In this document: piece after piece, positions 40,132 through 52,737 of the stretch
How the letters are laid out: each line of letters starts with the position of its first letter
How positions within the stretch are numbered: position 1 is the first letter of the stretch
Origin: an uncultured bacterium
GTDB taxonomy: Bacteria > Zixibacteria > MSB-5A5 > GN15 > FEB-12
Length of the DNA stretch: 64,000 nucleotides
NCBI GenBank assembly: GCA_965372795.1
Contig: CBDVDR010000007.1
Coordinates: 94,838-158,837 of the forward strand
Reading direction: 5' to 3'
Notes under the pieces: generated by a model
Databases searched by the model: none
What the model saw: only the letters and a program-made list of their open reading frames with translations
Told to the model about the DNA's origin: nothing
Position numbers and translations under genes: made by a program

Positions 40132-41328
40132 TTAATTCTCATCTTCATAATAAAGAGAATCTTCTTCATTCAAATAGAGACTATCATTCTCCATATATTC
40201 ATTTTCATAATCTTCAAACGAATAGTCATCCTCCCATGAAGGGAGCAAAAGCGGTTGGATGATAATATCCATACGTTGACCGTCGCGAATAATTTGAAGG
40301 GTGCTGCCGCCGTCATTGAAGGTTAGAAATATTTTTTCAATAAGATTTTTATGATGGCGGACTCTTTTACTATCTATTCTTCTGAGTTTATCGCCAACTC
40401 TTAAGCCACAGGCAAAAGCCAAGCGGTATTGATCAATTTCATCAACGGCAAGATAATTATCAGCACCCAGTTTCAACGAAAAACCAAACTCTCCTTTAAT
40501 CGGCAACCCTTCAACGTATGATTTTTGTAATAAAGGGTTATCAAGTTTTGGTTTCCGTGGTGGACGGGTGGCTCTGACTAAGGTTGAGTTCCATGGTTCA
40601 CCTGAAATCCAATTATGCAAAGAGTATTCCGGAGACAATATCCATTTATTCAGCAGATACTCTTCGAAAATTGATCTTCCTCTGAAATTATTTCTCCAGA
40701 AGCCTGATTTATAAGCCTCGGTAGTTGAGTCGATCCCCATAACATTTTCTGCTGCTGCCATAGCCAATAACATAGCCAGATTATCCCGCCTGAAGGGAGT
40801 CTGCTTCATTAATGGATGTGATGTGAATTTATCATAGAAAGAATCTTCCGGTAGAGATGCCTGGTCAAGCATTCGTTTTGATAATTGGTAAATCAGATTT
40901 AGTTTTATTCTATTTCCCTCCGGTGGAGCTTCAATAAATTTGTTTTGACTTAATCCGCCAATTGGAATTATTAACGGATTGCCAGAACCGGGAGAAGGAT
41001 AGAATCTGATCAGATAGATTTCAAATTCTGTTTCATACCATTCCAAACCTGATAATTCACTTAAAATATGAAGCAGGGTATCGCCCTGTTCTGACCAAAA
41101 ATCTGATATCAAATTGTCATTTTCGGAGACCCATTTCATATCAAGGTCTGCCGATCGATGGTTATACATTCCCGGTAGAACTGAACTTTGTAATGAAGCG
41201 GAACGATTATTTATTTTAACAATCGGGATAAAACCATCATACTCAAAAATGCTGTATTGCACAGATTGACTGTTGGCTGAGACAGAAACGAATATCAATA
41301 AAATAATTATGTAAATTGCTTTTTTCAT
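40132..41328 (-). CDS. Secreted hypothetical protein with a C-terminal PDZ-like domain and acidic tail
   Basis: Signal peptide; FGFSL...A..CGLRVGDKL..ID...IIRDG PDZ-like pattern. Confidence 0.6.
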   Translation of the reverse strand: MKKAIYIIILLIFVSVSANSQSVQYSIFEYDGFIPIVKINNRSASLQSSVLPGMYNHRSADLDMKWVSENDNLISDFWSEQGDTLLHILSELSGLEWYETEFEIYLIRFYPSPGSGNPLIIPIGGLSQNKFIEAPPEGNRIKLNLIYQLSKRMLDQASLPEDSFYDKFTSHPLMKQTPFRRDNLAMLLAMAAAENVMGIDSTTEAYKSGFWRNNFRGRSIFEEYLLNKWILSPEYSLHNWISGEPWNSTLVRATRPPRKPKLDNPLLQKSYVEGLPIKGEFGFSLKLGADNYLAVDEIDQYRLAFACGLRVGDKLRRIDSKRVRHHKNLIEKIFLTFNDGGSTLQIIRDGQRMDIIIQPLLLPSWEDDYSFEDYENEYMENDSLYLNEEDSLYYEDEN

Positions 41329-41379
41329 AGGAGTAATAAAGTTTGCAGAATTAAAATTGGCAAGTAAAACTAATAATAT

Positions 41380-42252
41380 CTAAGCAGCGGGAGATTGGAC
41401 AATTGATTGTTGCTCAAGCAGATCAAAGTAAAATATAGTGTACATACTGCTTAAAATTGAACCAATAAAACCGCTGACAACCATCAGAAACAGAATAAAA
41501 ACCGGTAACGCTGTAATGAGTGCAAAAACTATTCCCCCGCTTGCATAAGCGGCAATTGCTAAAGGAATTACAAAAACAGCGCCAAGCATCAAAGCCAGTA
41601 TCACTGAGAAAAATGATACTAAAATATAAATTAGAAAAATTGCGAGATTTTTGCCTTTATAATATTTTAGCAGTTGATATCCTTCGTGAATGGCATCCCC
41701 GATGGAACAATTTCTTGTAACCAATGCTCTCGAGGCTAATTCGAAAGTATTAAAAAAGCCGAAAAATAATATCAGGGCAATGGGGATAATTATAAAAACA
41801 CCAAATATTCCTAACGCAACATGAATGGCAAACATTATAAATAAAGGAATCCCTAAGACAATCAATATACCGAGTATAGCTACGAGTCCAGCAAGGACCA
41901 AGCCAAACATTTTCCAAAAATAATCCAGTCCAATAGAAAAAGATTTCCCGAATTTGTAACTTCCACCGCGAGTTATATTATTAACTGCGTCAATCAGAGC
42001 AGTTTTAGAAATTATATGCATCACCAGAAAAGCGAGCATCAAAATCGACACCGCAAATATCATCGCTATCATAAATTCATCAAAGAAATGTTCTAACTCA
42101 CCAAAATCAATTCCATATTGATTACGGTCTTCTTTCCAAAAATTAGAAATTTCACCAATCGTGCCCGAACCGGCAAACATCCCAAAAACCCAAAGAGTTT
42201 TATTCCTCCAGGCAATTCCAAGGGATTGTTTGACAATTTTGTTATAATCCAT
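41380..42252 (-). CDS. Multi-pass hypothetical membrane protein
   Basis: Several long hydrophobic segments; W.NK.LW.FG.FAG N-terminus. Confidence 0.7.
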   Translation of the reverse strand: MDYNKIVKQSLGIAWRNKTLWVFGMFAGSGTIGEISNFWKEDRNQYGIDFGELEHFFDEFMIAMIFAVSILMLAFLVMHIISKTALIDAVNNITRGGSYKFGKSFSIGLDYFWKMFGLVLAGLVAILGILIVLGIPLFIMFAIHVALGIFGVFIIIPIALILFFGFFNTFELASRALVTRNCSIGDAIHEGYQLLKYYKGKNLAIFLIYILVSFFSVILALMLGAVFVIPLAIAAYASGGIVFALITALPVFILFLMVVSGFIGSILSSMYTIFYFDLLEQQSIVQSPAA

Positions 42253-42342
42253 ATAATTACTACTTGAAACAGTTACGATTATTCAATAATATAATTTGAA
42301 TGCTAAAAACCCATTTTGCAACAAAAATTTGGAGTCACCTTT

Positions 42343-42714
42343 ATGATTCGTATACGAAAAAATATAATAAGAGTTTCCATATTAACATTAATATTTTCAT
42401 TTGGATGTAATAAATCAAATACTGATAAAACTAATCCCACTGATCTGAGTAACAGCCCTCAAGATAGTCTTGTTATCACTTTGGAGGGAATAGACTCGGT
42501 ATCTGTTTTTGATATTCTTGAAAGTGAACATGAGCTTGACTATAAAAGTTCGGCAGTTGGTAATTTTGTTTACGGAATTGATTCAGTACAAAATACAAGT
42601 GGGTATTATTGGATATATACGGTAAATGATTCATCAGCTAAAATCGCCTGTGATAAATATATTACAAATAATGCGGACATTATTAAATGGCATTTTCGTA
42701 ATATTAATCCCTGA
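42343..42714 (+). CDS. DUF4430 (transcobalamin C-terminal-like) lipoprotein
   Basis: Lipobox FSFGC; SVFDIL, G.FV.GID, YWIYTVN, D.IKW.F. Confidence 0.7.
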   Translation: MIRIRKNIIRVSILTLIFSFGCNKSNTDKTNPTDLSNSPQDSLVITLEGIDSVSVFDILESEHELDYKSSAVGNFVYGIDSVQNTSGYYWIYTVNDSSAKIACDKYITNNADIIKWHFRNINP

Positions 42715-42787
42715 TATTCGTATCTTCAAAGTTCGAAAAAATAAAAAACATTGCTATTACACTGTTGTATAACCTATATATAACATT

Positions 42788-44113
42788 ATGAAACTGCTAA
42801 GCCGCTATGTATTAAAAGAGCATCTGGCTCCATTTCTCTTCTCATTTTTTACCATTACCTTTCTATTAATTATTGAGTATATCCCTAAAATCGTAAGTCA
42901 TGTTATCGACAAAGATCTTTCAATCTGGATCGCTTTAGAACTGGTTGTTTTGAATCTTGCCTGGATGCTGGCTTTATCGGTACCAATGTCAGCTTTGGTT
43001 GCAACCCTGATGGCTTTTGGTCGAATGACCTCTGACTTTGAAATAATAGCCGCCAAATCATCGGGAGTGAATATAATCCGTCTGATTCTGCCAGTTTTAG
43101 GAGCCGGACTGATTATAACTTTTGGAATGATTCAGTTTAACGATAAAGTCCTGCCGGATATTAATAAACAGGCCCGGGAATTATGGGGAAATATTTCAAA
43201 AATGCGTCCCACGCTTATCTTCCGTTCGGGCATTCTGATTACCGATATTCCCGGCTACTTAGTTCAGATTGATAAAATCAATCACACGACTTCCGAAGTT
43301 GAAGGGATTACGATTTCGAAAATCCATAACACAGCCACCCCTCAATATATAGTTGCCGAACATGGTATCTTAAAAATGACTAACAATGGTACGAATATGA
43401 AATTTACTCTTTTCAACGGGGAGATTCATTCGCTTGATATTGAAGACCCGAGCAATTACCGCAAAATAGATTTTGAAGAGCAGGTTATTAATATCACCGA
43501 TGCCAATACTGAGTTAAAGCGAACAGATTCCAATTATCGCGGCGATAGAGAGATGAACATAGAAGCTATGCAGCATAAAGTTGATACTGCCCTAAAAGCA
43601 ATTCCGCCCCATCGGGAAAAGATATTCCTTAATGTTATGAGTAAGTTCAATTATTTGTTCAGTGATAGTTTTAAATATCATCATGCCGATTCATTGAGCG
43701 ATTCAACAGCACTGGTCTCGGTTAAACAGGATGCGGCAACTTTGAACAATTATGTTAGTCATAACAAGAATCAAATTGCTGTTCATAAAAAAACAATGGT
43801 GACTTTTAATATAGAAATCTATAAAAAATATTCTATCCCGGCTGCGACCCTGGCTTTTATTTTAATCGGCGCACCGCTCGGCGTTATTTCCCGGCGGGGA
43901 GGCATGGGTGTTTCAACCGGAATATCAATCGGTTTGTTTATGATGTATTGGTTGTTTTTAATAGGCGGTGAGGACCTTGCCGAAGGAGGCATGATGTCAC
44001 CATTTGTTGCGATGTGGAGTGCTAATATATTATTGACTGTGATTGGTCTTTATTTATTGTACATTGTTATTTCTGAAAAACAATTTTTTTCATATTTCAG
44101 AAGTAATAAATAG
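42788..44113 (+). CDS. lptF: LPS export permease LptF
   Basis: LSRYVLKE, FGRM.SD.E..A.KSSG, IGAPLG....RGG. Confidence 0.88.
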   Translation: MKLLSRYVLKEHLAPFLFSFFTITFLLIIEYIPKIVSHVIDKDLSIWIALELVVLNLAWMLALSVPMSALVATLMAFGRMTSDFEIIAAKSSGVNIIRLILPVLGAGLIITFGMIQFNDKVLPDINKQARELWGNISKMRPTLIFRSGILITDIPGYLVQIDKINHTTSEVEGITISKIHNTATPQYIVAEHGILKMTNNGTNMKFTLFNGEIHSLDIEDPSNYRKIDFEEQVINITDANTELKRTDSNYRGDREMNIEAMQHKVDTALKAIPPHREKIFLNVMSKFNYLFSDSFKYHHADSLSDSTALVSVKQDAATLNNYVSHNKNQIAVHKKTMVTFNIEIYKKYSIPAATLAFILIGAPLGVISRRGGMGVSTGISIGLFMMYWLFLIGGEDLAEGGMMSPFVAMWSANILLTVIGLYLLYIVISEKQFFSYFRSNK

Positions 44114-44122
44114 GAAGCAATA

Positions 44123-45205
44123 ATGATAAAAAAAATTGATTTATACTTACTTAAGCATTTTTTCTATTCCCTTTTGGTTGTTACAATTGCCTTAGGAACC
44201 ACCTTTATCATAATTAATGCCATTGAAGAACTCCGTTATATTATGAAAAATAATGTTCCGGTGTTGACTGTTATAGAGTATTATTTTTATTTTGCCGGCT
44301 GGATCCTAAAATCATTCCTGCCGATGTTTATTCTTCTAGCGGTACTGTTTTCAATTTCGTTTCTCGCCCGTAGAAATGAATTGCTGGCAATGAAAGCCTC
44401 GGGAATCTCGCTCTACCGAATTAGCGCGCCATTTCTTATTGTTGTGCTGATGCTTGCCGGGGGACATTTTTATTACAACGAATATATTTATCCGCATTGG
44501 AATAAACAGCGTCTCGAAATTAAAAATTTCACTATCAAGGGGAAATCCAAAAGGAATTTTAACCGGATGTCTGATATCTATCGTCAGATTACACCCGGAC
44601 ATTTTTATTCTTTAAAAAGTTTTAATGTTGAACGAAAAGAGGGTCGGCATCTTAGAATTTATAAACGGGTAAATAATGAACTTAAGCATATTATCACTGC
44701 TGATTTAATAAAGTACGAAGAATTTGTCTGGATAGCTCATAAAGGTACAATCCGAGTTTTTGATGAAACAGAGAATGAAACTTATTCTGAGTTTGATACG
44801 ATGACCATTGCATCTATCAAAGAAAAACCGGAGGATTTTGCTAAAAGAGTCGGTAAACCTGAAGACATGGGACTGGATGAACTTCAGGAGTATATTGATC
44901 TGATGAAACGAACCGGGGGACCTTATACTCGCGAAGCAGTTGATCTTGATTTGAAATACTCCTATCCACTGGCATCGTTTATAGTGGTGCTGATTTGTAT
45001 CCCCTATGCTGCTAACCCCAGACGAGGGGGTATTGCAGTCTCGATTGCGGTGGGGGCTTTGATATCATTAATATATTTTATTCTGTTTCGGATTATGCAG
45101 TCTGCCGGGTATAGTGATAAGATTCCAAAGTTGGCTGCTGTCTGGGGAGTTAATGCCCTATTTTTAGTAATCGGTTTGATAACATTATTAAAAGCGAGAA
45201 AATAA
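44123..45205 (+). CDS. lptG: LPS export permease LptG
   Basis: KKIDLYL, RRNELLAMKASGISLYR, PEDM...EL; second of the LptF/G pair. Confidence 0.88.
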   Translation: MIKKIDLYLLKHFFYSLLVVTIALGTTFIIINAIEELRYIMKNNVPVLTVIEYYFYFAGWILKSFLPMFILLAVLFSISFLARRNELLAMKASGISLYRISAPFLIVVLMLAGGHFYYNEYIYPHWNKQRLEIKNFTIKGKSKRNFNRMSDIYRQITPGHFYSLKSFNVERKEGRHLRIYKRVNNELKHIITADLIKYEEFVWIAHKGTIRVFDETENETYSEFDTMTIASIKEKPEDFAKRVGKPEDMGLDELQEYIDLMKRTGGPYTREAVDLDLKYSYPLASFIVVLICIPYAANPRRGGIAVSIAVGALISLIYFILFRIMQSAGYSDKIPKLAAVWGVNALFLVIGLITLLKARK

Positions 45206-45991
45206 ATGTCACATCCGGATCATGAAAAAAACCGTACCGCCTGGAATGAAATGGTTGAAGTTCATATTGATCATCCTTCCTATAAAATGAATGAATTTCT
45301 CGAGGGATGGAATTCATTGAAAGAAATCGAACTGGAGGACCTTGGCGATGTAACCGGAAAAGAATTGCTGCATTTGATGTGTCAATTCGGGATGGATACT
45401 CTTTCATGGGCACGCAAGGGTGCCAATGTTACCGGGGTTGACATTTCTGATAACTCGATCATGCATGCCGATGAACTTAAAAAGAAAATTGGATTTGATG
45501 AGGCTAAATTTGTTCGTTCGGATATTTTAGAATTGATTGGCAAGCTCGATAAAAAATTTGATATTGTTTTTCAATCATACGGCACCCATTGCTGGCTGGC
45601 TGATCTAACCAAATGGGCAGAGGTTGTAGCGCACCACCTTAAACCTGGTGGAACATTTTATATAATCGACGATCATCCGATTCTAATATTGTATGAAACT
45701 GAGCATGAACGATATCTTCAAAAAGAACCGGAGCGATATTCAGGTCATCCTGACTATGCTGATTCAAGTTATATAATAAAAAATGAGCTGGTCGAATGGC
45801 AGCATCCGATTTCAGAATTTGTAAATTGTCTGGTTAAAGCCGGACTGGTTATTGATGAGATGCACGAGTATGACAAAGGTTATTATCAGATGTATGAAGA
45901 TTGGGTTCGTAAGGGTGATTTCTGGTATCCGCCTGATGGTTCACCGAGACATCCATTGATGTTTTCGTTGAAGGCGCATAAGCCGGAGTAG
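45206..45991 (+). CDS. Class I SAM-dependent methyltransferase
   Basis: LLHLMCQFGMDTLSWA..GA.VTGVDIS, LKPGGTFY. Confidence 0.9.
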   Translation: MSHPDHEKNRTAWNEMVEVHIDHPSYKMNEFLEGWNSLKEIELEDLGDVTGKELLHLMCQFGMDTLSWARKGANVTGVDISDNSIMHADELKKKIGFDEAKFVRSDILELIGKLDKKFDIVFQSYGTHCWLADLTKWAEVVAHHLKPGGTFYIIDDHPILILYETEHERYLQKEPERYSGHPDYADSSYIIKNELVEWQHPISEFVNCLVKAGLVIDEMHEYDKGYYQMYEDWVRKGDFWYPPDGSPRHPLMFSLKAHKPE

Positions 45992-46012
45992 TTTGTTTAT
46001 CAAATTTAAATG

Positions 46013-46966
46013 CTACTCTTTGCGGAGAGTCTTAATCATCTCAACTATTTCATATTGTTTTTCATAGCCTAATTTCTCATTAATTGCCAAAACCGGTATA
46101 TTGGTTAGAGAGTTGCAGGTCCAAAGAATTTTATAACCATTATCTTTGGAGTAATTAACCCCAAGTATTTTCAACATTGTTGCAATACCGTATCCGCGAA
46201 ATTCCTTTTTTACTCCGGTCATCCCGTTATGAATCAAATCTTTTTTCGAGCCACCCCAGAGATAACTGTAGCCGATATACTCGCCATCTTTAATCGCAAC
46301 ATGGTAAGCATCCTGAATTATTTCCGGATGGTTCAGGCTGTTTTTGTGCCATTCATCAAAAGTCTGTTTTACCAGCGTTTCTTTTAGATCGGGAATATCG
46401 CTGACCAGCTCCCATTCCAGTTCATATAACCTTTGCTCATAATCAGGATCGTTTTTTAATTCGTGAAGTTTTTTGAAAGTTATCGAATTACTCATAAGCT
46501 TTTTTTCTAAATCAGAATAATTTGTAAAATTAAAAGATTGAACATCAAGGTGTGCTATCCGTTCACGAGCAGTTTCTTTAAAATCATGTTTGGTTAAAAA
46601 TTTAATTCCTTGTGGAAGATTTTCCCGGGCATACACATGATAATGGATCGGATCGAATTGAGTTAAGGCTTCAGTTACGGCTTTATATAATGCTGAACCG
46701 ATACCTTTGTTCTGATGCTCGGGTAAGACGACAGCATCAATAACAAATTGATTCGGATGATAAATCACTAACGGCTGATTGTAATATATTTCGCCGACAA
46801 TTTTAGAATCAACTTCCGCCACCCAGCGGCAGAATTTAATTTTCTTCTCCCTCAACTTATCAGATTCTATCATCTTTTCAGATGTCTCATGAAAATCAGG
46901 AATCAATAGATTTCTGATTTTGGCAATCTGATGGTAGTCCTGGGTTGTAGCTAATCTAATGTTCAT
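46013..46966 (-). CDS. Tandem-domain GNAT N-acetyltransferase
   Basis: Two acetyl-CoA motifs (VLPEHQNKGIGSALY; TGVKKEFRGYGIA), N..VLAINEKLGY. Confidence 0.88.
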   Translation of the reverse strand: MNIRLATTQDYHQIAKIRNLLIPDFHETSEKMIESDKLREKKIKFCRWVAEVDSKIVGEIYYNQPLVIYHPNQFVIDAVVLPEHQNKGIGSALYKAVTEALTQFDPIHYHVYARENLPQGIKFLTKHDFKETARERIAHLDVQSFNFTNYSDLEKKLMSNSITFKKLHELKNDPDYEQRLYELEWELVSDIPDLKETLVKQTFDEWHKNSLNHPEIIQDAYHVAIKDGEYIGYSYLWGGSKKDLIHNGMTGVKKEFRGYGIATMLKILGVNYSKDNGYKILWTCNSLTNIPVLAINEKLGYEKQYEIVEMIKTLRKE

Positions 46967-47171
46967 AATCTATCCTTAAATAATATAAATCATATTATAT
47001 CAATAATCTTACGTAATCAACTGTCTTTGTTGTAATAATCTTTATTGACAAAATTGTCATTTATTTCTTTATTGTATCAGGGGTAAAACAATGGGATGGT
47101 TTGAATAATTATAATCGAATAGAGTATATATATCATGCAGAGTTATGTTTCTTAGAATTTAAGGAGATAAA

Positions 47172-47420
47172 ATGAATATTAATATGACATTATTGATTTT
47201 GTTGTTATTTGTTGGTGGGTTTATTTTTGCATTTCTTGCTTCCAGACATAAATCAACTGAACATCCAAAAACTAATGGTTTTAATCCGAAGTATTGGATT
47301 CCGGTATGGAAACAAAAAAAGTGGTTTGATAAAGTTGGCTATGGTTACCAGTGTCTTTCTGTAGCTCTGATAATGTTAGGTGCGACACTGGGTATTGTAT
47401 TAGATGTTTTTATAAATTAA
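47172..47420 (+). CDS. Small two-TM hypothetical membrane protein
   Basis: AAGGAG RBS, 82 aa, two TM segments; resembles 6638..6895. Confidence 0.7.
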   Translation: MNINMTLLILLLFVGGFIFAFLASRHKSTEHPKTNGFNPKYWIPVWKQKKWFDKVGYGYQCLSVALIMLGATLGIVLDVFIN

Positions 47421-47422
47421 AT

Positions 47423-47449
47423 AAAGGCAGGTCACATGACCTGCCTTTT
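47423..47449. terminator. Bidirectional terminator
   Basis: AAAGGCAGGTCA-CA-TGACCTGCCTTTT between convergent genes. Confidence 0.8.
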
Positions 47450-47484
47450 GAAAATTCACATAATGTGAAATATTTCTATATTAC

Positions 47485-49910
<2,426 letters not shown>

Positions 49911-49950
49911 ATATATACTCCTTCAATAAAATTATCTATATAATTAAAAA

Positions 49951-50925
49951 TTATTTAAAATCTAATTTTTCCAAATCACCAACATTTAATATTTTCGTTG
50001 AATTTTTTATTGTAGCATCTCTTCCAATCAATGAATCTTTCACCGTCGAGTTTTCTATAACAGATTTTTCACTAACAATCGAGTTTTCCAAAACAGAATC
50101 TCTGATTGTTACGTTGTCAGAAATTGATACGTTTGGTCCAATCGTTGAATTAACAATTTCTGCCGAAGAAGAAATGTAGACCGGGGGAATTATAACAGAA
50201 CCTTCGATCTGTTCGGGCGGATCAAGTTTTTCAAGAAAATGCGAATTAGTTGCCAGCAAGGTTTCTTTTTTCCCACAATCATACCAATGTTTGACTTCAT
50301 ACGGTTTAAATTTGATCCCCCCCGATATCATATCTTGAAGAGCATCGGTAAATTGAATTTCACCGCTGGTCAGTTTTCCCGAGTCAACATGTTTTTTCAT
50401 TGCCTGTCTTAGGAAGCTTGAGTCTTTGAAATAATAAAGACCAATAAGCGCCAGATTTGTTTTTGGGTTTTCGGGTTTTTCTTCCAAACCGACAATCAGA
50501 TCATTTTCAATTTCCGCAATTCCAAACCGATTAGGATCTTCAACCTGTCTTAGTCCTAAAGAATAATCTCCGGCGGAAGTAAATTTGGCTAAATCACACT
50601 CGACAATAGTATCGCCTAAAACAATCAACAATTCGGAATCATCAATTTCCTGAAGCGCCAGATTTAAAGCATAGCCAAGGCCGAGAAGTTTTTCCTGATA
50701 GACATATTTAGTATTAAATGAGTAATTTTTTTTCAGATATTCTTTAATTTGATCACCCATAAAGCCAACTACAAAAACAACCTCTTCAACCTGAATCTTT
50801 TCAAACGGTTTGAGAACATAGTCCAGAATAGTCATCCCGGCAACATCCAAAAGCGGTTTTGGTCGATGTAAGGTATGGGGTCTTAGTCTGGTGCCTATTC
50901 CGGCAACAGGAATAATTACTTTCAT
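49951..50925 (-). CDS. Sugar-phosphate nucleotidyltransferase (long-form glucose-1-phosphate thymidylyltransferase-like)
   Basis: IIPVAGIGTRLRPHT...PKPL, EEKP, WYDCG; C-terminal left-handed beta-helix repeats. Confidence 0.9.
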   Translation of the reverse strand: MKVIIPVAGIGTRLRPHTLHRPKPLLDVAGMTILDYVLKPFEKIQVEEVVFVVGFMGDQIKEYLKKNYSFNTKYVYQEKLLGLGYALNLALQEIDDSELLIVLGDTIVECDLAKFTSAGDYSLGLRQVEDPNRFGIAEIENDLIVGLEEKPENPKTNLALIGLYYFKDSSFLRQAMKKHVDSGKLTSGEIQFTDALQDMISGGIKFKPYEVKHWYDCGKKETLLATNSHFLEKLDPPEQIEGSVIIPPVYISSSAEIVNSTIGPNVSISDNVTIRDSVLENSIVSEKSVIENSTVKDSLIGRDATIKNSTKILNVGDLEKLDFK

Positions 50926-51014
50926 CTCTTCCTCAATATAATTTTTGGTATGGTAGGCAAAAGGACTGGTTTTGACAAGAATAAACTATAATTGTAATAA
51001 GAAAATTAAGCTGT

Positions 51015-52079
51015 TTATCGATTGGAATCTGAAATCGGCAAAGTAACCAGATTGGCGCCGGTCTCGGCAAGCTGGATATATTTAACCTGATTATCTTCAT
51101 TTGAATAAAAACCAACAGAAATAGACTTAGAAACCCCATGATAGGTTAAGGTTCGACTGGCTAAGGCAACTCTGTTTGATTCCCATTCGGTTGTTTTTAT
51201 GACCGGTGAAAAATCATAAGGGATATAGCCGCTCTGGGAAGAATCAGAACTGTCGGCATGAACCCATAAGGCGATATCATAATCAATTTCGAATTTCTGT
51301 TTTGGGAAAAAATATAATTCAGCCCGATAAGTTTGGCTGTCAATCGGTATCAGATCATAAGCTAAAAGTCTGATCTCGGGATTAACGAATTGTGCGACTG
51401 ATTTTTCATCATTGAAGGGGATAATCTTAATATAAATCAGGAAGATTTTGTCACTTAAAGATAGAGAATCGAGATATTCCTTATAGTTGGAATTAGTCTT
51501 TAAAGCATCGTTTAATAGTTGATCAACAAGAAATCTCTCACTGAAAATCCGATGGAGAGAATCAGTGAAATAAAATGATTTGAACAAGCTGATTTGTTTA
51601 TTTATTCCTGCCAAGCTTAAACCCTCTTCACTCAACAGATTTCGCTGCATCAAAAGAGAATCAACAAGATTACCGTTCCAGCTTGAGAAAAGCTTTTGTT
51701 TTGCCTGAAGTTTTATATCTTTTGGGCGGGCAAATGAAGCAAGGGAATAGTAACTTGCCGCCTTTGAATAAGAGCTCACTCCCTCTTTTACCATCTGGTC
51801 AGCCTGATATCTGAATTTAATTCCAAGAGTTGCAACCACTTCTTTCCAGGCTTTATTATCAAGAAGGGTCTGTTCAGTAAGATAGAGATTTGAAAATAGA
51901 TCAATAATTTCATTGGTATTATTGAATTTTCCCTGTTCAATTGAATTGACTAATTCTAAGGCTGCTTTTGGGAAGTTGTCAGGATTTTTTATTGTATCAT
52001 ATACCGGATTTTCAGGATTATAGCCACATCCGGTTATAAATAAGAAAGAGATTAAAATAATTATAGAATAAATTTTCAT
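51015..52079 (-). CDS. Hypothetical lipoprotein
   Basis: Start MKIYSIIILISFLFITGC lipobox at 52079. Confidence 0.7.
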   Translation of the reverse strand: MKIYSIIILISFLFITGCGYNPENPVYDTIKNPDNFPKAALELVNSIEQGKFNNTNEIIDLFSNLYLTEQTLLDNKAWKEVVATLGIKFRYQADQMVKEGVSSYSKAASYYSLASFARPKDIKLQAKQKLFSSWNGNLVDSLLMQRNLLSEEGLSLAGINKQISLFKSFYFTDSLHRIFSERFLVDQLLNDALKTNSNYKEYLDSLSLSDKIFLIYIKIIPFNDEKSVAQFVNPEIRLLAYDLIPIDSQTYRAELYFFPKQKFEIDYDIALWVHADSSDSSQSGYIPYDFSPVIKTTEWESNRVALASRTLTYHGVSKSISVGFYSNEDNQVKYIQLAETGANLVTLPISDSNR

Positions 52080-52101
52080 ACTAATAAAAGGCACTTTGAG
52101 C

Positions 52102-52737
52102 TTAGAAAATTTGCGAAAACGATCCCAGCCAGTCATTATATAAAAATGACACTCTTCCGATGAGTAAGGATACACGACCCATTACGGTAAATCCAAAATG
52201 AGCTCCAAATGAAATCATTATAAACCAGATACCAACTTTGGCAGTAACACCAAATACACCGGTATGTTCTTTTGAAAAGTAAAAGTAAATCAGAGTTGAA
52301 ATAACACCTACTACTACTACCAAGGCTCGCAGGGAAGATACAAAACCATCGTCTGCGAAAAGTGAAATCATTGTCGATTGCATTTGAGGAAGCACCAGTC
52401 CGTGAAGCTGTGAGATCAGGAAAATACCGGAGGTGGTTCCCATCACAAAAGCAAGTGAAACTCTTGATACCCAGCTATATTTGGGGAAGAAACGGGTAAA
52501 CATCAGGAAGCCAAGAATACCGGGGACAAACAACCACCATTTACCGCCAATCATAGGATTCCACAATTGTTGAACGATGACCGTATCCCAGATTAAACCG
52601 ACATAATAACCGGCAGACAGACCGGCAAAAATATGTTCTGCCAGTTTATAAATTGGATTGTCCTTATATAAAAAGGAGAATAATGCCACAGTAAAAAAGG
52701 CGATAATCCAAATCTGAAATATTTCAATACCGCTCAT
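52102..52737 (-). CDS. Conserved hypothetical integral membrane protein (gene 4 of membrane module)
   Basis: About 6 TM; SFLYKDNP.Y..AEH.F.G, FGAHFGFTVMGRVSLLIGR; start overlaps the upstream stop. Confidence 0.8.
   Translation of the reverse strand: MSGIEIFQIWIIAFFTVALFSFLYKDNPIYKLAEHIFAGLSAGYYVGLIWDTVIVQQLWNPMIGGKWWLFVPGILGFLMFTRFFPKYSWVSRVSLAFVMGTTSGIFLISQLHGLVLPQMQSTMISLFADDGFVSSLRALVVVVGVISTLIYFYFSKEHTGVFGVTAKVGIWFIMISFGAHFGFTVMGRVSLLIGRVSFLYNDWLGSFSQIF

Noticed and set aside
49911..49950. SAM riboswitch upstream of metK/ahcY
   Set aside because: The intergenic gap is only 40 nt and AT-rich; no room for an aptamer.
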